Of a DNA stretch of 56,257 bases, positions 27,354-35,258 are shown piece after piece. The position numbers and the translations under genes are program-made. The stretch is taken from the NCBI GenBank assembly GCA_030550115.1, contig JAUQPY010000013.1, positions 1 to 56,257 of the forward strand. Reading direction: 5' to 3'. This DNA comes from Candidatus Micrarchaeota archaeon. Its GTDB lineage: Archaea > Micrarchaeota > Micrarchaeia > Anstonellales > J096. Below the pieces are notes generated by a model that worked only from the letters and a program-made list of their open reading frames with translations, was not told the DNA's origin and made no database searches. Position 1 is the first letter of the stretch; the number at the start of each line of letters is the position of its first letter.

Positions 27354-28264
27354 AAATCAAACACCGTTCTCTCTTTTCGAACTTTCTGAATGCTGTTTAT
27401 AACATTCTCAACTCTCTGTGCTGAGAACCCATGTCTTGTTACTAAGATCTCTCTGAGTCGATCCGGATCAAAGCTCGGAAAATCCAGCTTTACATCTTTA
27501 ACAGGGGGATTTAGAAAAAACTCAAATATTTCCATAGCATCAACTCCGTTATCTTTAGATATCATATCAAGAATTTCACTCTTGCTCATTTTCCTAACCA
27601 TCTCTAATCCTCTAATAGGGCCTATACCATCTATACCGGTATTGAAATCAGTACCTATGAGCATTCCTAGGAGAATTAGCTGTTCATGATCGATATTTAG
27701 ATGCTTTAGTACAGAATCTAATTCTACAAATTCAAATCTATTCTCCCCATAGTAATTTCTTAATATCCTCTTAGCCCCAAATAGGAAGCTATCATAATCC
27801 TGACTATTTATAGCGTATGCTGTACCCACTCTAGTTAAATAGCTAGCCTGCGCCTCTCCCTCTGAAGGAGCTATAATAGTTATAATTCCCATAGCATTCA
27901 ACAATTCTATAGTCTCTTCCTTCATAGTATCTGTAAATACCATATCTCTGTATTGAGTCTTTGATCTAGCTAAGATTCTTTTCTCTATCTCAGCTCTCTT
28001 AAAATACGGTGGTTTGCCATCAAATACTACAATTAATTTTATTCTATTGATCAGGAAATTTGACAATCTGTAGAAAGCTCCTGATAGATGTGAAGTGATC
28101 TCACCTTTTTGGTCTCTGAGATACTCCCCATCAGAAGTTCGTATCGCTGCTAGAAATTGATATATCATATTATTGCCATCTATAGTAATGATTCTATTTG
28201 ATAACTTGGAGATGTGAACAGTTTGAGCTATAGGTTCAATCAGTCTCTTGAGATCGCTTCCCAT
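27350..28264 (-). CDS. fen: Flap endonuclease 1
   Basis: MGSDLKRLI...IDGNNMIYQFL...EITSHLSGAFYR...VFDGKPP...APSEGEAQASYL...SQDYDSFLFGA. Confidence 0.9.
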   Translation of the reverse strand: MGSDLKRLIEPIAQTVHISKLSNRIITIDGNNMIYQFLAAIRTSDGEYLRDQKGEITSHLSGAFYRLSNFLINRIKLIVVFDGKPPYFKRAEIEKRILARSKTQYRDMVFTDTMKEETIELLNAMGIITIIAPSEGEAQASYLTRVGTAYAINSQDYDSFLFGAKRILRNYYGENRFEFVELDSVLKHLNIDHEQLILLGMLIGTDFNTGIDGIGPIRGLEMVRKMSKSEILDMISKDNGVDAMEIFEFFLNPPVKDVKLDFPSFDPDRLREILVTRHGFSAQRVENVINSIQKVRKERTVFDL

Positions 28265-28700
28265 TATCTCTCTCTTCTGCTTTCAGAAAGGATTCTAAAG
28301 AGACTCTCTCACTCTTTGTATCAGATTCATCCTCGATGATCTCAGACACAACTTCCTCTATCAGCAATTCCTTACCTATAGCTTTCTCAAGTTTTCTAAT
28401 AATACTTATATCAACCAATCTACCGGCCATGATGTTACTCAAATCTCTTTCAGATATTTTTGTATAGAGAGATAATGCTCTTATATCAAACCCCCTCGAT
28501 TTCATAAAATCTTCAATTCTGGTTTTGGTATCATCTCTGAGTCTATGTGTTACGAATTTCTCTTTTCTCCTATTAGTCTTCACCTTGGATCTAGATTGAA
28601 TTAGATCAGCATTACCACAACTATCACATACCTCTACTTCTGCACCTTCTATAATGATAGTTCTAGTAGCTTTCCTTTTACCACAGATCTCGCAGATCAT
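28236..28700 (-). CDS. Archaeal MBF1-type transcription factor (N-terminal Zn ribbon plus HTH)
   Basis: MICEICGKRKA...VEVCDSCG followed by an HTH-like region (ALSLYTKISERDLSNIMAGR). Confidence 0.7.
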   Translation of the reverse strand: MICEICGKRKATRTIIIEGAEVEVCDSCGNADLIQSRSKVKTNRRKEKFVTHRLRDDTKTRIEDFMKSRGFDIRALSLYTKISERDLSNIMAGRLVDISIIRKLEKAIGKELLIEEVVSEIIEDESDTKSERVSLESFLKAEERDNGKRSQETD

Positions 28701-29209
28701 ATTCTGATAGTTAGAATCTTAACTAGATCTTTTCCACTCAGTTCTCTATAGATTTTCTCTGCAAATATCTCTACCCCATCCAATCCTGTCTTATCTTGAA
28801 AATCTTTGAAACTTGAATATGGTCTTCTCTCTAGAACAATTTTCAAAGTCTTCTTACCAATCTGTGGTAAGAATTCAAGTGTATGTGTTCTAGTGTTTAT
28901 TGGTTTTGCATTGTTCAGAAAATCCACATATCTGGTTTCATTCTCCTTAACAATTCTCTTTAGAACATCTTTTAGATTCATTCTTGCACCTTCTGTTAAC
29001 TCCTGAAACGATATTCTACCTTTAACCACATCAATAACTTCTCTCTTCTGCTTATCCTTTCCTATGTAGTATTTCTCTCCTATTTTAGGAGTAGTCCCTT
29101 TCTTTATAACCCCTGTCAGAAATGTGAATCTATCTGCTCCTATCATATAGGCTAATCCTTTCCCATCTGGGGATATATTAAAATCTAATATGTATGCATA
29201 ATCTTCCAT
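28697..29209 (-). CDS. DUF655/COG1491-type predicted nucleic-acid-binding protein
   Basis: MEDYAYILDF...FTFL...RISFQELT...FLNNAKPINTRTHTLEFLPQIGKKT. It occupies the conserved archaeal L21e-RpoF-DUF655 neighbourhood. Confidence 0.7.
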   Translation of the reverse strand: MEDYAYILDFNISPDGKGLAYMIGADRFTFLTGVIKKGTTPKIGEKYYIGKDKQKREVIDVVKGRISFQELTEGARMNLKDVLKRIVKENETRYVDFLNNAKPINTRTHTLEFLPQIGKKTLKIVLERRPYSSFKDFQDKTGLDGVEIFAEKIYRELSGKDLVKILTIRI

Positions 29210-29217
29210 AATGAATT

Positions 29218-29508
29218 CTATTTAGAGAATATTTTTATAATCTTATCTATATCTATATCCCCTTCACCATACTCAACCAATAGTTCTCTGATGAGTTCGG
29301 GATGAGTGGGTTTCAGATCCACTAATTTAGCTATCGCCTCATCATTCTTCAATCCAATTTCCTTAAGTTTATCAACGTATTTTATATCATCCACATCTAA
29401 GTCTTCCATGTGAAGGTACTGAAGTTTGATATTATAAGTATAATCCCCCGATTTCATTAATCTCTTTACTTCAGCTTCAGGAATAGCATTTATACTAATG
29501 ATCTTCAT
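29218..29508 (-). CDS. rpoF: DNA-directed RNA polymerase subunit F (Rpo4/Rpb4-like)
   Basis: Size, acidic helical sequence, and position between L21e and DUF655. The call rests mainly on synteny. Confidence 0.5.
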   Translation of the reverse strand: MKIISINAIPEAEVKRLMKSGDYTYNIKLQYLHMEDLDVDDIKYVDKLKEIGLKNDEAIAKLVDLKPTHPELIRELLVEYGEGDIDIDKIIKIFSK

Positions 29509-29783
29509 AATCTCTGCAAATGTATTGGTAGAACAATCAGCCTTTTGAGTTCTTTCCCTAGCATTACTCTAACTACATATGAGAATCCTCTCTTCTCTTC
29601 TATTTCCCCAACCAGATTTTTGTATCTTCTGTGTGGTATCTGTCCAGCTCGATAATATGGAACAGGCATTATTCTAACTCTCTCACCTATCTCAAAAACT
29701 CTTACAAAATCAGTTGGTGTTAATCTACGTTCTAGCTTTAGAGATTTTAGGAATTTACTCAAATATCCTTTTGACCTCTTCAT
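29505..29783 (-). CDS. rpl21e: 50S ribosomal protein L21e
   Basis: MKRSKGYLSK...FEIGERVRI...HRRYKNLVGEIEEKRGFSYVVRV...GKELKRLIVLPIHLQ. The start is moved to ATG 29783. Confidence 0.85.
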   Translation of the reverse strand: MKRSKGYLSKFLKSLKLERRLTPTDFVRVFEIGERVRIMPVPYYRAGQIPHRRYKNLVGEIEEKRGFSYVVRVMLGKELKRLIVLPIHLQRL

Positions 29784-29833
29784 GAGTTTATTATAAACGA
29801 TCAATTTAAAAAGATTCTTAATCATATTTAAAT

Positions 29834-30409
29834 ATGAATTCTAAAGATAGGGAGAAATTGAAGATAGTTAATATGGTCGCATCTGCAGATCTAAGCGTTG
29901 AGATAGATATTGATAAATTCGCCAGAACTTCTGAAAATGTAGAATACGAACCAGAACAGTTCCCTGGGGCAATAATAAGGTATACTAACCCTAGGACTAC
30001 AGTTTTACTATTCAGAAATGGTAGAATTGTTATAGTGGGTAGTAAGAGTCAAAATGATATCAAAGACACCATTGTTCAATTAGTTAATGACCTGAATGCG
30101 AGAGGGGTAATAAGAAGTAATACTACATTGACCGCAGACACAATAAAATACAACATCCCAAACTATGTAGCATTGGGGGAATTAGAATTCTCAATTGATT
30201 TGGATAATCTTCTTACTGATCCAGATCTAAACCTAGAATACGAACCAGAACAGTTCCCTGGGATAATGATCTGGATAGATAAGTATGGTTCCACAGCATT
30301 GGTTTTTAGGAATGGTAAGATCATCCTCTCAGGAAACAGAGATATTGAAAGTATGAATCGATCATTCTCCTATCTGAAAGAAGTTTTAAATAAGTATAGA
30401 TTAAAGTAA
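29834..30409 (+). CDS. tbp: TATA-box binding protein
   Basis: Two TBP repeats: KIVNMVASADL...EYEPEQFPGAIIRY..TVLLFRNGRIVIVG and ...EYEPEQFPGIMIWI..TALVFRNGKIILSG. Confidence 0.9.
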   Translation: MNSKDREKLKIVNMVASADLSVEIDIDKFARTSENVEYEPEQFPGAIIRYTNPRTTVLLFRNGRIVIVGSKSQNDIKDTIVQLVNDLNARGVIRSNTTLTADTIKYNIPNYVALGELEFSIDLDNLLTDPDLNLEYEPEQFPGIMIWIDKYGSTALVFRNGKIILSGNRDIESMNRSFSYLKEVLNKYRLK

Positions 30410-30413
30410 ACTC

Positions 30414-31373
30414 ATGATATACTGGATATTCGCTCTAATCCTCTTGGCAGGATGTTTGGGGGATAATAGTAGTGATGACGATACACAACCAGATCCTATT
30501 AAATTGGAATTTAAACAAGAATATAATCAAACTATTCTAAGTCTTTGGGAATCTATGCTTAATAGATCCTATAGATTTCAGGCTCTAGAGTCCATAGAGA
30601 ACAGATCTACTTATGTAGATGCAACCGTTTTAGGAGATAATTATAACATAAGGCTGGATCTATTTGGTGATGGTGGATTGGTTTATTATGCATACAAAGA
30701 CGAGAATTCATCTATATATTGTGTAGTATTGATGAATAGATTTCTGAACTGTACAGATTCTGAAATGTTGTTTAGATTGGGACTAAGAGATTATGGTTCC
30801 GAATCTGTATTTGCATATATATTCAATAGAAGTGTAGTGGATTCTGAGCGAGAGTATATAAATTCACTTACAGATTCTCCTAATATAAGCGTATCCAAAA
30901 TAGATGATGGTTATAAGGTATTTTTCAAATTGTCAGATCTTAAGATGGAAGATTTAAGAAAGTTGGGATTTAGTGTATCAGATATCACAAGAATAGATAG
31001 TATAGAGATCAATATATACTTTCAGAATTCTGGTTATCGAATAGAACAATATCAATATCTTACAAACGGTAGTATAATAAGAAAAGATAGTCAGGTGAAC
31101 GTATCCTTAGAGATATCGAATCTAGGAGATTTTGAATTGGATGAGGATAAATACAGTAAGATAATGCTAAGAGATATGATAAATGTTATGAATTACTACC
31201 TTCTTATTAAGAGTGGATACTATAGTGATGAAACAGAAATATATAAGCTGGCTGTGGCAACAGGAGTACCCGAATACTGTCTATACACTTCGAAAAAAGA
31301 TACATGCATATCCTATTATGTTCACATGACTGGAGATAAAAGAGCATGTGATTTGATTGGTATAGCTTGCTAA
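30414..31373 (+). CDS. Hypothetical secreted protein or lipoprotein (319 aa)
   Basis: N-terminus MIYWIFALILLAGCLGDNSSDDD, a lipobox-like LAGC. Confidence 0.6.
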   Translation: MIYWIFALILLAGCLGDNSSDDDTQPDPIKLEFKQEYNQTILSLWESMLNRSYRFQALESIENRSTYVDATVLGDNYNIRLDLFGDGGLVYYAYKDENSSIYCVVLMNRFLNCTDSEMLFRLGLRDYGSESVFAYIFNRSVVDSEREYINSLTDSPNISVSKIDDGYKVFFKLSDLKMEDLRKLGFSVSDITRIDSIEINIYFQNSGYRIEQYQYLTNGSIIRKDSQVNVSLEISNLGDFELDEDKYSKIMLRDMINVMNYYLLIKSGYYSDETEIYKLAVATGVPEYCLYTSKKDTCISYYVHMTGDKRACDLIGIAC

Positions 31374-31375
31374 AT

Positions 31376-32515
31376 ATGATAGGAGGGGTTAGGGAGTATT
31401 TTGATAAGGATTACAGAAAACTAAAGTATATTCTAGATACAATAGAAAAGATATATGCTAGTTATGGTTACAGACCTTTGGAAACCTCAGTATTCGAAGA
31501 TTTGAACGTATTACTCAAAAAAGGAGGAGAGGAAATTAGAGAACAGATCTTTAGATTTGATAGAATTGGGTTAAGATTCGATCACACAGTTCCATTGATC
31601 AGATTTGCAGAAGAACACAAGGAATTACCTAGACCTATCAAAAGATATTCTATAGGAAAAGTATATAGAAATGAGGATCCTCAGAGAATGAGATACATAG
31701 AATTTATACAGGCTGATATAGATGTGGTAGGTAGTAGTAGCATATATTCTACTCTAGAGATTCTGGAGATTGCCGAACTTGTTTTGAGTTCTCTAGGATT
31801 AAGTGCACAGATCGAAGTAAATGATAGAAGGTTCTTGGATAGTGTTGTGGCTGATTTAGATGATGATCAGAAATCTTTTCTATTCAGAACAGTAGACAAA
31901 ATAGGACGATTTGGGGAGAGATGGGTGAGAGAACAGATTGAAAGAAAGGGGATTGGTATGAAGTACTTAGACATATTACTAAGATCTGATGTGGAAACTG
32001 TTAAAGATTATTCTAAAGAAGCTTATAACACTCTTATTAGAATAGGTAGAAAATTCAACCCCACATTAGTCAGAGGATTGGATTACTACACTGGAGAGAT
32101 ATTTGAGATCTCTATTGCAGGTATAAACGTTAGCGTTGGTGGTGGGGGTAGATATTCTATGTTTTCAGAGAAACATAACGTTGGAATCAGTTTAGGAGTA
32201 AGTAGATTGTACGATCTGATCGACTATAAAGATCAGATTAATAGTGTATTTATAGCTTGGATAGATGAGTTTGAGTACGCTGATTCAATAGCTAAAGAGC
32301 TTAGGAAGAGGGGTCTTGCTGTTGAAATAAACACAGAAGATAGGTCTCTCAGGAAACAACTAGAATATGCTTCTAAATACTATGGAAAATGTATTATAGT
32401 TGGTAGAAAGGAGAAAGAAGAGCAGAGTGTTGTGATAAGGGATTTAAAAAAAGGAGAACAGAATACGATATCACTGAAGGAATTATTGGAAAATTATAGC
32501 AAGTACTTTGATTAG
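31376..32515 (+). CDS. hisS: Histidyl-tRNA synthetase (compact, ~379 aa)
   Basis: GVREY..., LRFDHTVPLIRF, RYIEFIQADIDVVG and GGGGRY motifs. C-terminal anticodon-binding-like domain. The track start 31367 is TTG; ATG 31376 is preferred. Confidence 0.85.
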   Translation: MIGGVREYFDKDYRKLKYILDTIEKIYASYGYRPLETSVFEDLNVLLKKGGEEIREQIFRFDRIGLRFDHTVPLIRFAEEHKELPRPIKRYSIGKVYRNEDPQRMRYIEFIQADIDVVGSSSIYSTLEILEIAELVLSSLGLSAQIEVNDRRFLDSVVADLDDDQKSFLFRTVDKIGRFGERWVREQIERKGIGMKYLDILLRSDVETVKDYSKEAYNTLIRIGRKFNPTLVRGLDYYTGEIFEISIAGINVSVGGGGRYSMFSEKHNVGISLGVSRLYDLIDYKDQINSVFIAWIDEFEYADSIAKELRKRGLAVEINTEDRSLRKQLEYASKYYGKCIIVGRKEKEEQSVVIRDLKKGEQNTISLKELLENYSKYFD

Positions 32516-32650
32516 TACTATTAATACACCTATAGATATAAGAGCTGTGTTTACATCTATTTTGTATCCGCTCAGTTCTTCTGCTATGGAAAACTGTAGA
32601 AATCCTGCTGAGGTAGGCATTTGGAACTGTCTCTTTTGCATCCCTCTCAT
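32483..32650 (-). CDS. Sec61-beta/SecG-like preprotein translocase subunit (55 aa), below the ORF-track size cutoff
   Basis: My own translation of the minus strand gives MRGMQKRQFQMPTSAGFLQFSIAEELSGYKIDVNTALISIGVLIVLIKVLAIIFQ*. It has the Sec61-beta pattern SAG(L/F)xx(Y/F) plus a C-terminal TM helix. It starts 2 nt after the pilin stop and overlaps the hisS 3' end by 33 nt. Confidence 0.6.
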   Translation of the reverse strand: MRGMQKRQFQMPTSAGFLQFSIAEELSGYKIDVNTALISIGVLIVLIKVLAIIFQ

Positions 32651-32651
32651 A

Positions 32652-33149
32652 TTAGCCTACTCTACCTGTCAGGAATAGTCTTACAGTTCTGTTACTAACG
32701 ATATCATCTGTGAATTTATAGACTATTTCAAAGGTACCATCAAATCCTGCGCCTGCGGAGAATTGAATAGGTTGGTTATTCTGATCTACACATGGAATGT
32801 TAGTTATATCTCCCGAACCTTGAGATCTGACTATAGGAGTACCTGATATTGATACATATCTCAACCCGCTAGGTGCCTGTTTACCTGAATAGCATGCTGC
32901 AGATAATACTTGAATATCTCTCTGATTTCCATTCAATAATCTTACTGAAGCGACCAGATTATTACCTGTAGAATTTTTAGTTAGGGCAAATACGTTATCA
33001 GCACATACTATGAGAGGGTTATCTGATGTACACTTTGGAGTATAAGATGTCTCTGTAAACATTCTTAATACCTGCCCTACTACTATTATCAGAAGCACTA
33101 ATGCTATAGCGAATATTACCAGATATTCTATACCTATCTGACCTTTCAT
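32652..33149 (-). CDS. Archaeal type IV pilin-like protein (class III signal peptide)
   Basis: N-terminus MKGQIGIEYLVIFAIALVLLIIVV, i.e. KG/Q cleavage-type motif plus hydrophobic helix. Confidence 0.7.
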   Translation of the reverse strand: MKGQIGIEYLVIFAIALVLLIIVVGQVLRMFTETSYTPKCTSDNPLIVCADNVFALTKNSTGNNLVASVRLLNGNQRDIQVLSAACYSGKQAPSGLRYVSISGTPIVRSQGSGDITNIPCVDQNNQPIQFSAGAGFDGTFEIVYKFTDDIVSNRTVRLFLTGRVG

Positions 33150-33200
33150 AAATAAATATCATTCAATATATATTTAAAACCATATGGTGTAACTATTCAT

Positions 33201-33803
33201 ATGGATGTTTTAGATATTATAAGACACAGGTATGCTGCTAAGGAATTCAATTCAGAGAAAGTTGATGATAATCAGATAAATTATATTCTAGAATCTATAA
33301 GATTAGCTCCTTCATCATACAATTTACAACCATGGAGTATTATAGTAGTATCTGATCAGAAAATCAAGGAACAATTATATGAATATAGCTATAGACAGAG
33401 GCAGATCATTACTGCTTCAGATATATTTGTATTTCTAACTGATCTGAATATAGATAGAATACTAAACGAACTGAAAGCAGCTAGGTTGGATTATGGTGAT
33501 AATCCTAATAGAGTTGATCAATACATATCTAAACTTAGGGCAGAACTCAGTACAAAGAGCAGAGAGCAGCTTAGATCATATCTAGAGCATCAGACATATA
33601 TTGCTCTAGGGTTTGCCATGTTGGCTGCAGAAAGCTTAGGGATTGCAAGCTGTCCTATGGGGGGATTTGAGGAAAGAGGATATAGAGCAGTCTTAGGGAT
33701 AGAGGAAGATTATGCTATAACTGTACTGCTGGCTATCGGATATGTTACAGATAGAAGAGATAAAAAAATAAGGAAACAGAGGGTGTTGCTAAGAAGAGTA
33801 TAA
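33201..33803 (+). CDS. NAD(P)H nitroreductase family protein
   Basis: IIRHRYAAKEF...ILESIRLAPSSYNLQPW...CPMGGF. Confidence 0.8.
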   Translation: MDVLDIIRHRYAAKEFNSEKVDDNQINYILESIRLAPSSYNLQPWSIIVVSDQKIKEQLYEYSYRQRQIITASDIFVFLTDLNIDRILNELKAARLDYGDNPNRVDQYISKLRAELSTKSREQLRSYLEHQTYIALGFAMLAAESLGIASCPMGGFEERGYRAVLGIEEDYAITVLLAIGYVTDRRDKKIRKQRVLLRRV

Positions 33804-34754
33804 GAGAGTTAACATCTGGTTGAATTGTGCATATGGGTAGGCTCCACTAAAGAATATTCCATAATACTGAGTATTCTCCCTAACCTGTCCCTGTACTACA
33901 GTTGCAGCCTGTCTTACTCTATCTAATGTAGTTAGTTCTTTAGGGATTATCACTAGGAAGGATGGTGTTCCCGATACCCCTTGATTCATGCTCTCCATAG
34001 TATCTTTCTGAACTTTGAGTGCTGCTTCCTGGCTGTTATAGCATCTCTTAAACTCCTCTAAATCCAATCCCAGCTCTTCTGCCAACTTTGAATATCCTTC
34101 CTCATTATTCTGAATACTCTGAATATTTTGGAATAGCTTATCATGATATTCCCAGAACATACCTTGCTTCTGAGCACAATAGCTTGCTCTTGCTGCTGGT
34201 TCAGCTTTTGGATGGAAATTTAATGGAAAATGGATGTAGTAGAATCTTATCTTACCCGTATCTATCCAATTCTGCATAAGCTGCGGCATAGTAGTGTCTG
34301 CAAATCTCTTACAGAATGGACACTCAAAATCGCTGAATTCTATCATTATAATTGGGGCATTCTGACCGCCTTTCATAGGTGTATCGCTAAGATCAGGAAT
34401 AGACAGAGATTGACCTACTGTAGGTTGCTGGAGATTGTTGAGCTGTAATCTTAAATCCTCTATCTTTTCCATACCAAACATGATATACTTCAGATCCTTT
34501 GTGAAATATACGGGGAAATCTACTGATTGACCTCCTATATTTGCTGATAGATTCACTTTGAGAACATCAGATACTATCTCGTAGTTCTTTATGTTTATAA
34601 TGATAGCATCTTTAGATAATTGTGTTTGAGCTGCAATCACAGATTTTACTATATCAACAATCTCTTGCTTCTGCTGATCTGTGAGTTCATAACTGCTCTG
34701 TCCTATACATCCTAACAACACCAAAAATCCTAATATAGGTATATACTTGTACAT
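33789..34754 (-). CDS. DsbA-family thiol:disulfide oxidoreductase, secreted or lipid-anchored
   Basis: N-terminal LVLLGCIGQ. CxxC active site in FSDFECPFCKRF, and GTPSF near the C-terminus. Confidence 0.75.
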   Translation of the reverse strand: MYKYIPILGFLVLLGCIGQSSYELTDQQKQEIVDIVKSVIAAQTQLSKDAIIINIKNYEIVSDVLKVNLSANIGGQSVDFPVYFTKDLKYIMFGMEKIEDLRLQLNNLQQPTVGQSLSIPDLSDTPMKGGQNAPIIMIEFSDFECPFCKRFADTTMPQLMQNWIDTGKIRFYYIHFPLNFHPKAEPAARASYCAQKQGMFWEYHDKLFQNIQSIQNNEEGYSKLAEELGLDLEEFKRCYNSQEAALKVQKDTMESMNQGVSGTPSFLVIIPKELTTLDRVRQAATVVQGQVRENTQYYGIFFSGAYPYAQFNQMLTLLYSS

Positions 34755-34775
34755 GCTTAACTATAGCTTACATCA

Positions 34776-34783
34776 TATTTAAA
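34776..34783 (+). promoter_or_regulatory. Candidate TATA box (TTTAAAAA) for tRNA-Glu
   Basis: Ends 26 nt upstream of the tRNA 5' end. Confidence 0.4.
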
Positions 34784-34808
34784 AATCTTATAGGTCTATA
34801 AAAATATA

Positions 34809-34881
34809 GCTCCGATCGTCTAGTGGTCCAGGATGCTGGCCTTTCAAGCCAGCGACCCGGGTTCGAATCCCGGTCGGAGCA
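34809..34881 (+). tRNA. tRNA-Glu (anticodon UUC)
   Basis: GCTCCGA...TCGGAGC acceptor, anticodon arm CTGGC-CTTTCAA-GCCAG, T arm CCGGG-TTCGAAT-CCCGG, discriminator A. Confidence 0.95.
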
Positions 34882-34913
34882 TTTTTAAGCTTTCTAGTCT
34901 ATGCATACGATGT

Positions 34914-35126
34914 TTATCTACACACTCCTCTTATACACTTACCTGTTTCACAATCACTATCATCTATACAAGCTTGCTCTATTTTAGATATTATCCTATT
35001 ACTCTTTTCTTCTATCTTCTCTGTAGCGTTCTGAGTTGTTGATAGTATCATAGATCCAACTATCATTACAGCTGCTAGGATTAGTACGATCAGAATTATC
35101 ATTTCTAATGATACAGCTCCTAGCAT
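34914..35126 (-). CDS. Small pilin-like protein (70 aa) with a Cys-rich C-terminus
   Basis: N-terminal MLGAVSLEMIILIVLILAAV is class III signal-peptide-like. The C-terminus is ACIDDSDCETGKCIRGVCR (5 Cys in 18 aa). Confidence 0.5.
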   Translation of the reverse strand: MLGAVSLEMIILIVLILAAVMIVGSMILSTTQNATEKIEEKSNRIISKIEQACIDDSDCETGKCIRGVCR

Positions 35127-35258
35127 AAACTAATAACATTAAATCTATTTTTAAGCCTATGGTTTACTGTTTCCATATCAAAATCTCCATAAATTATGTT
35201 ATCGATATAGCTAGGAAGATATAATCATTATTAAAAGGTTTTTCTATGGAATAGTTGC

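Noticed and set aside
34833-35042. Track ORF 34833..35042 (+)
   Set aside because: It starts inside tRNA-Glu and runs antisense to the better-supported pilin-like gene. It has a low-complexity hydrophobic translation.
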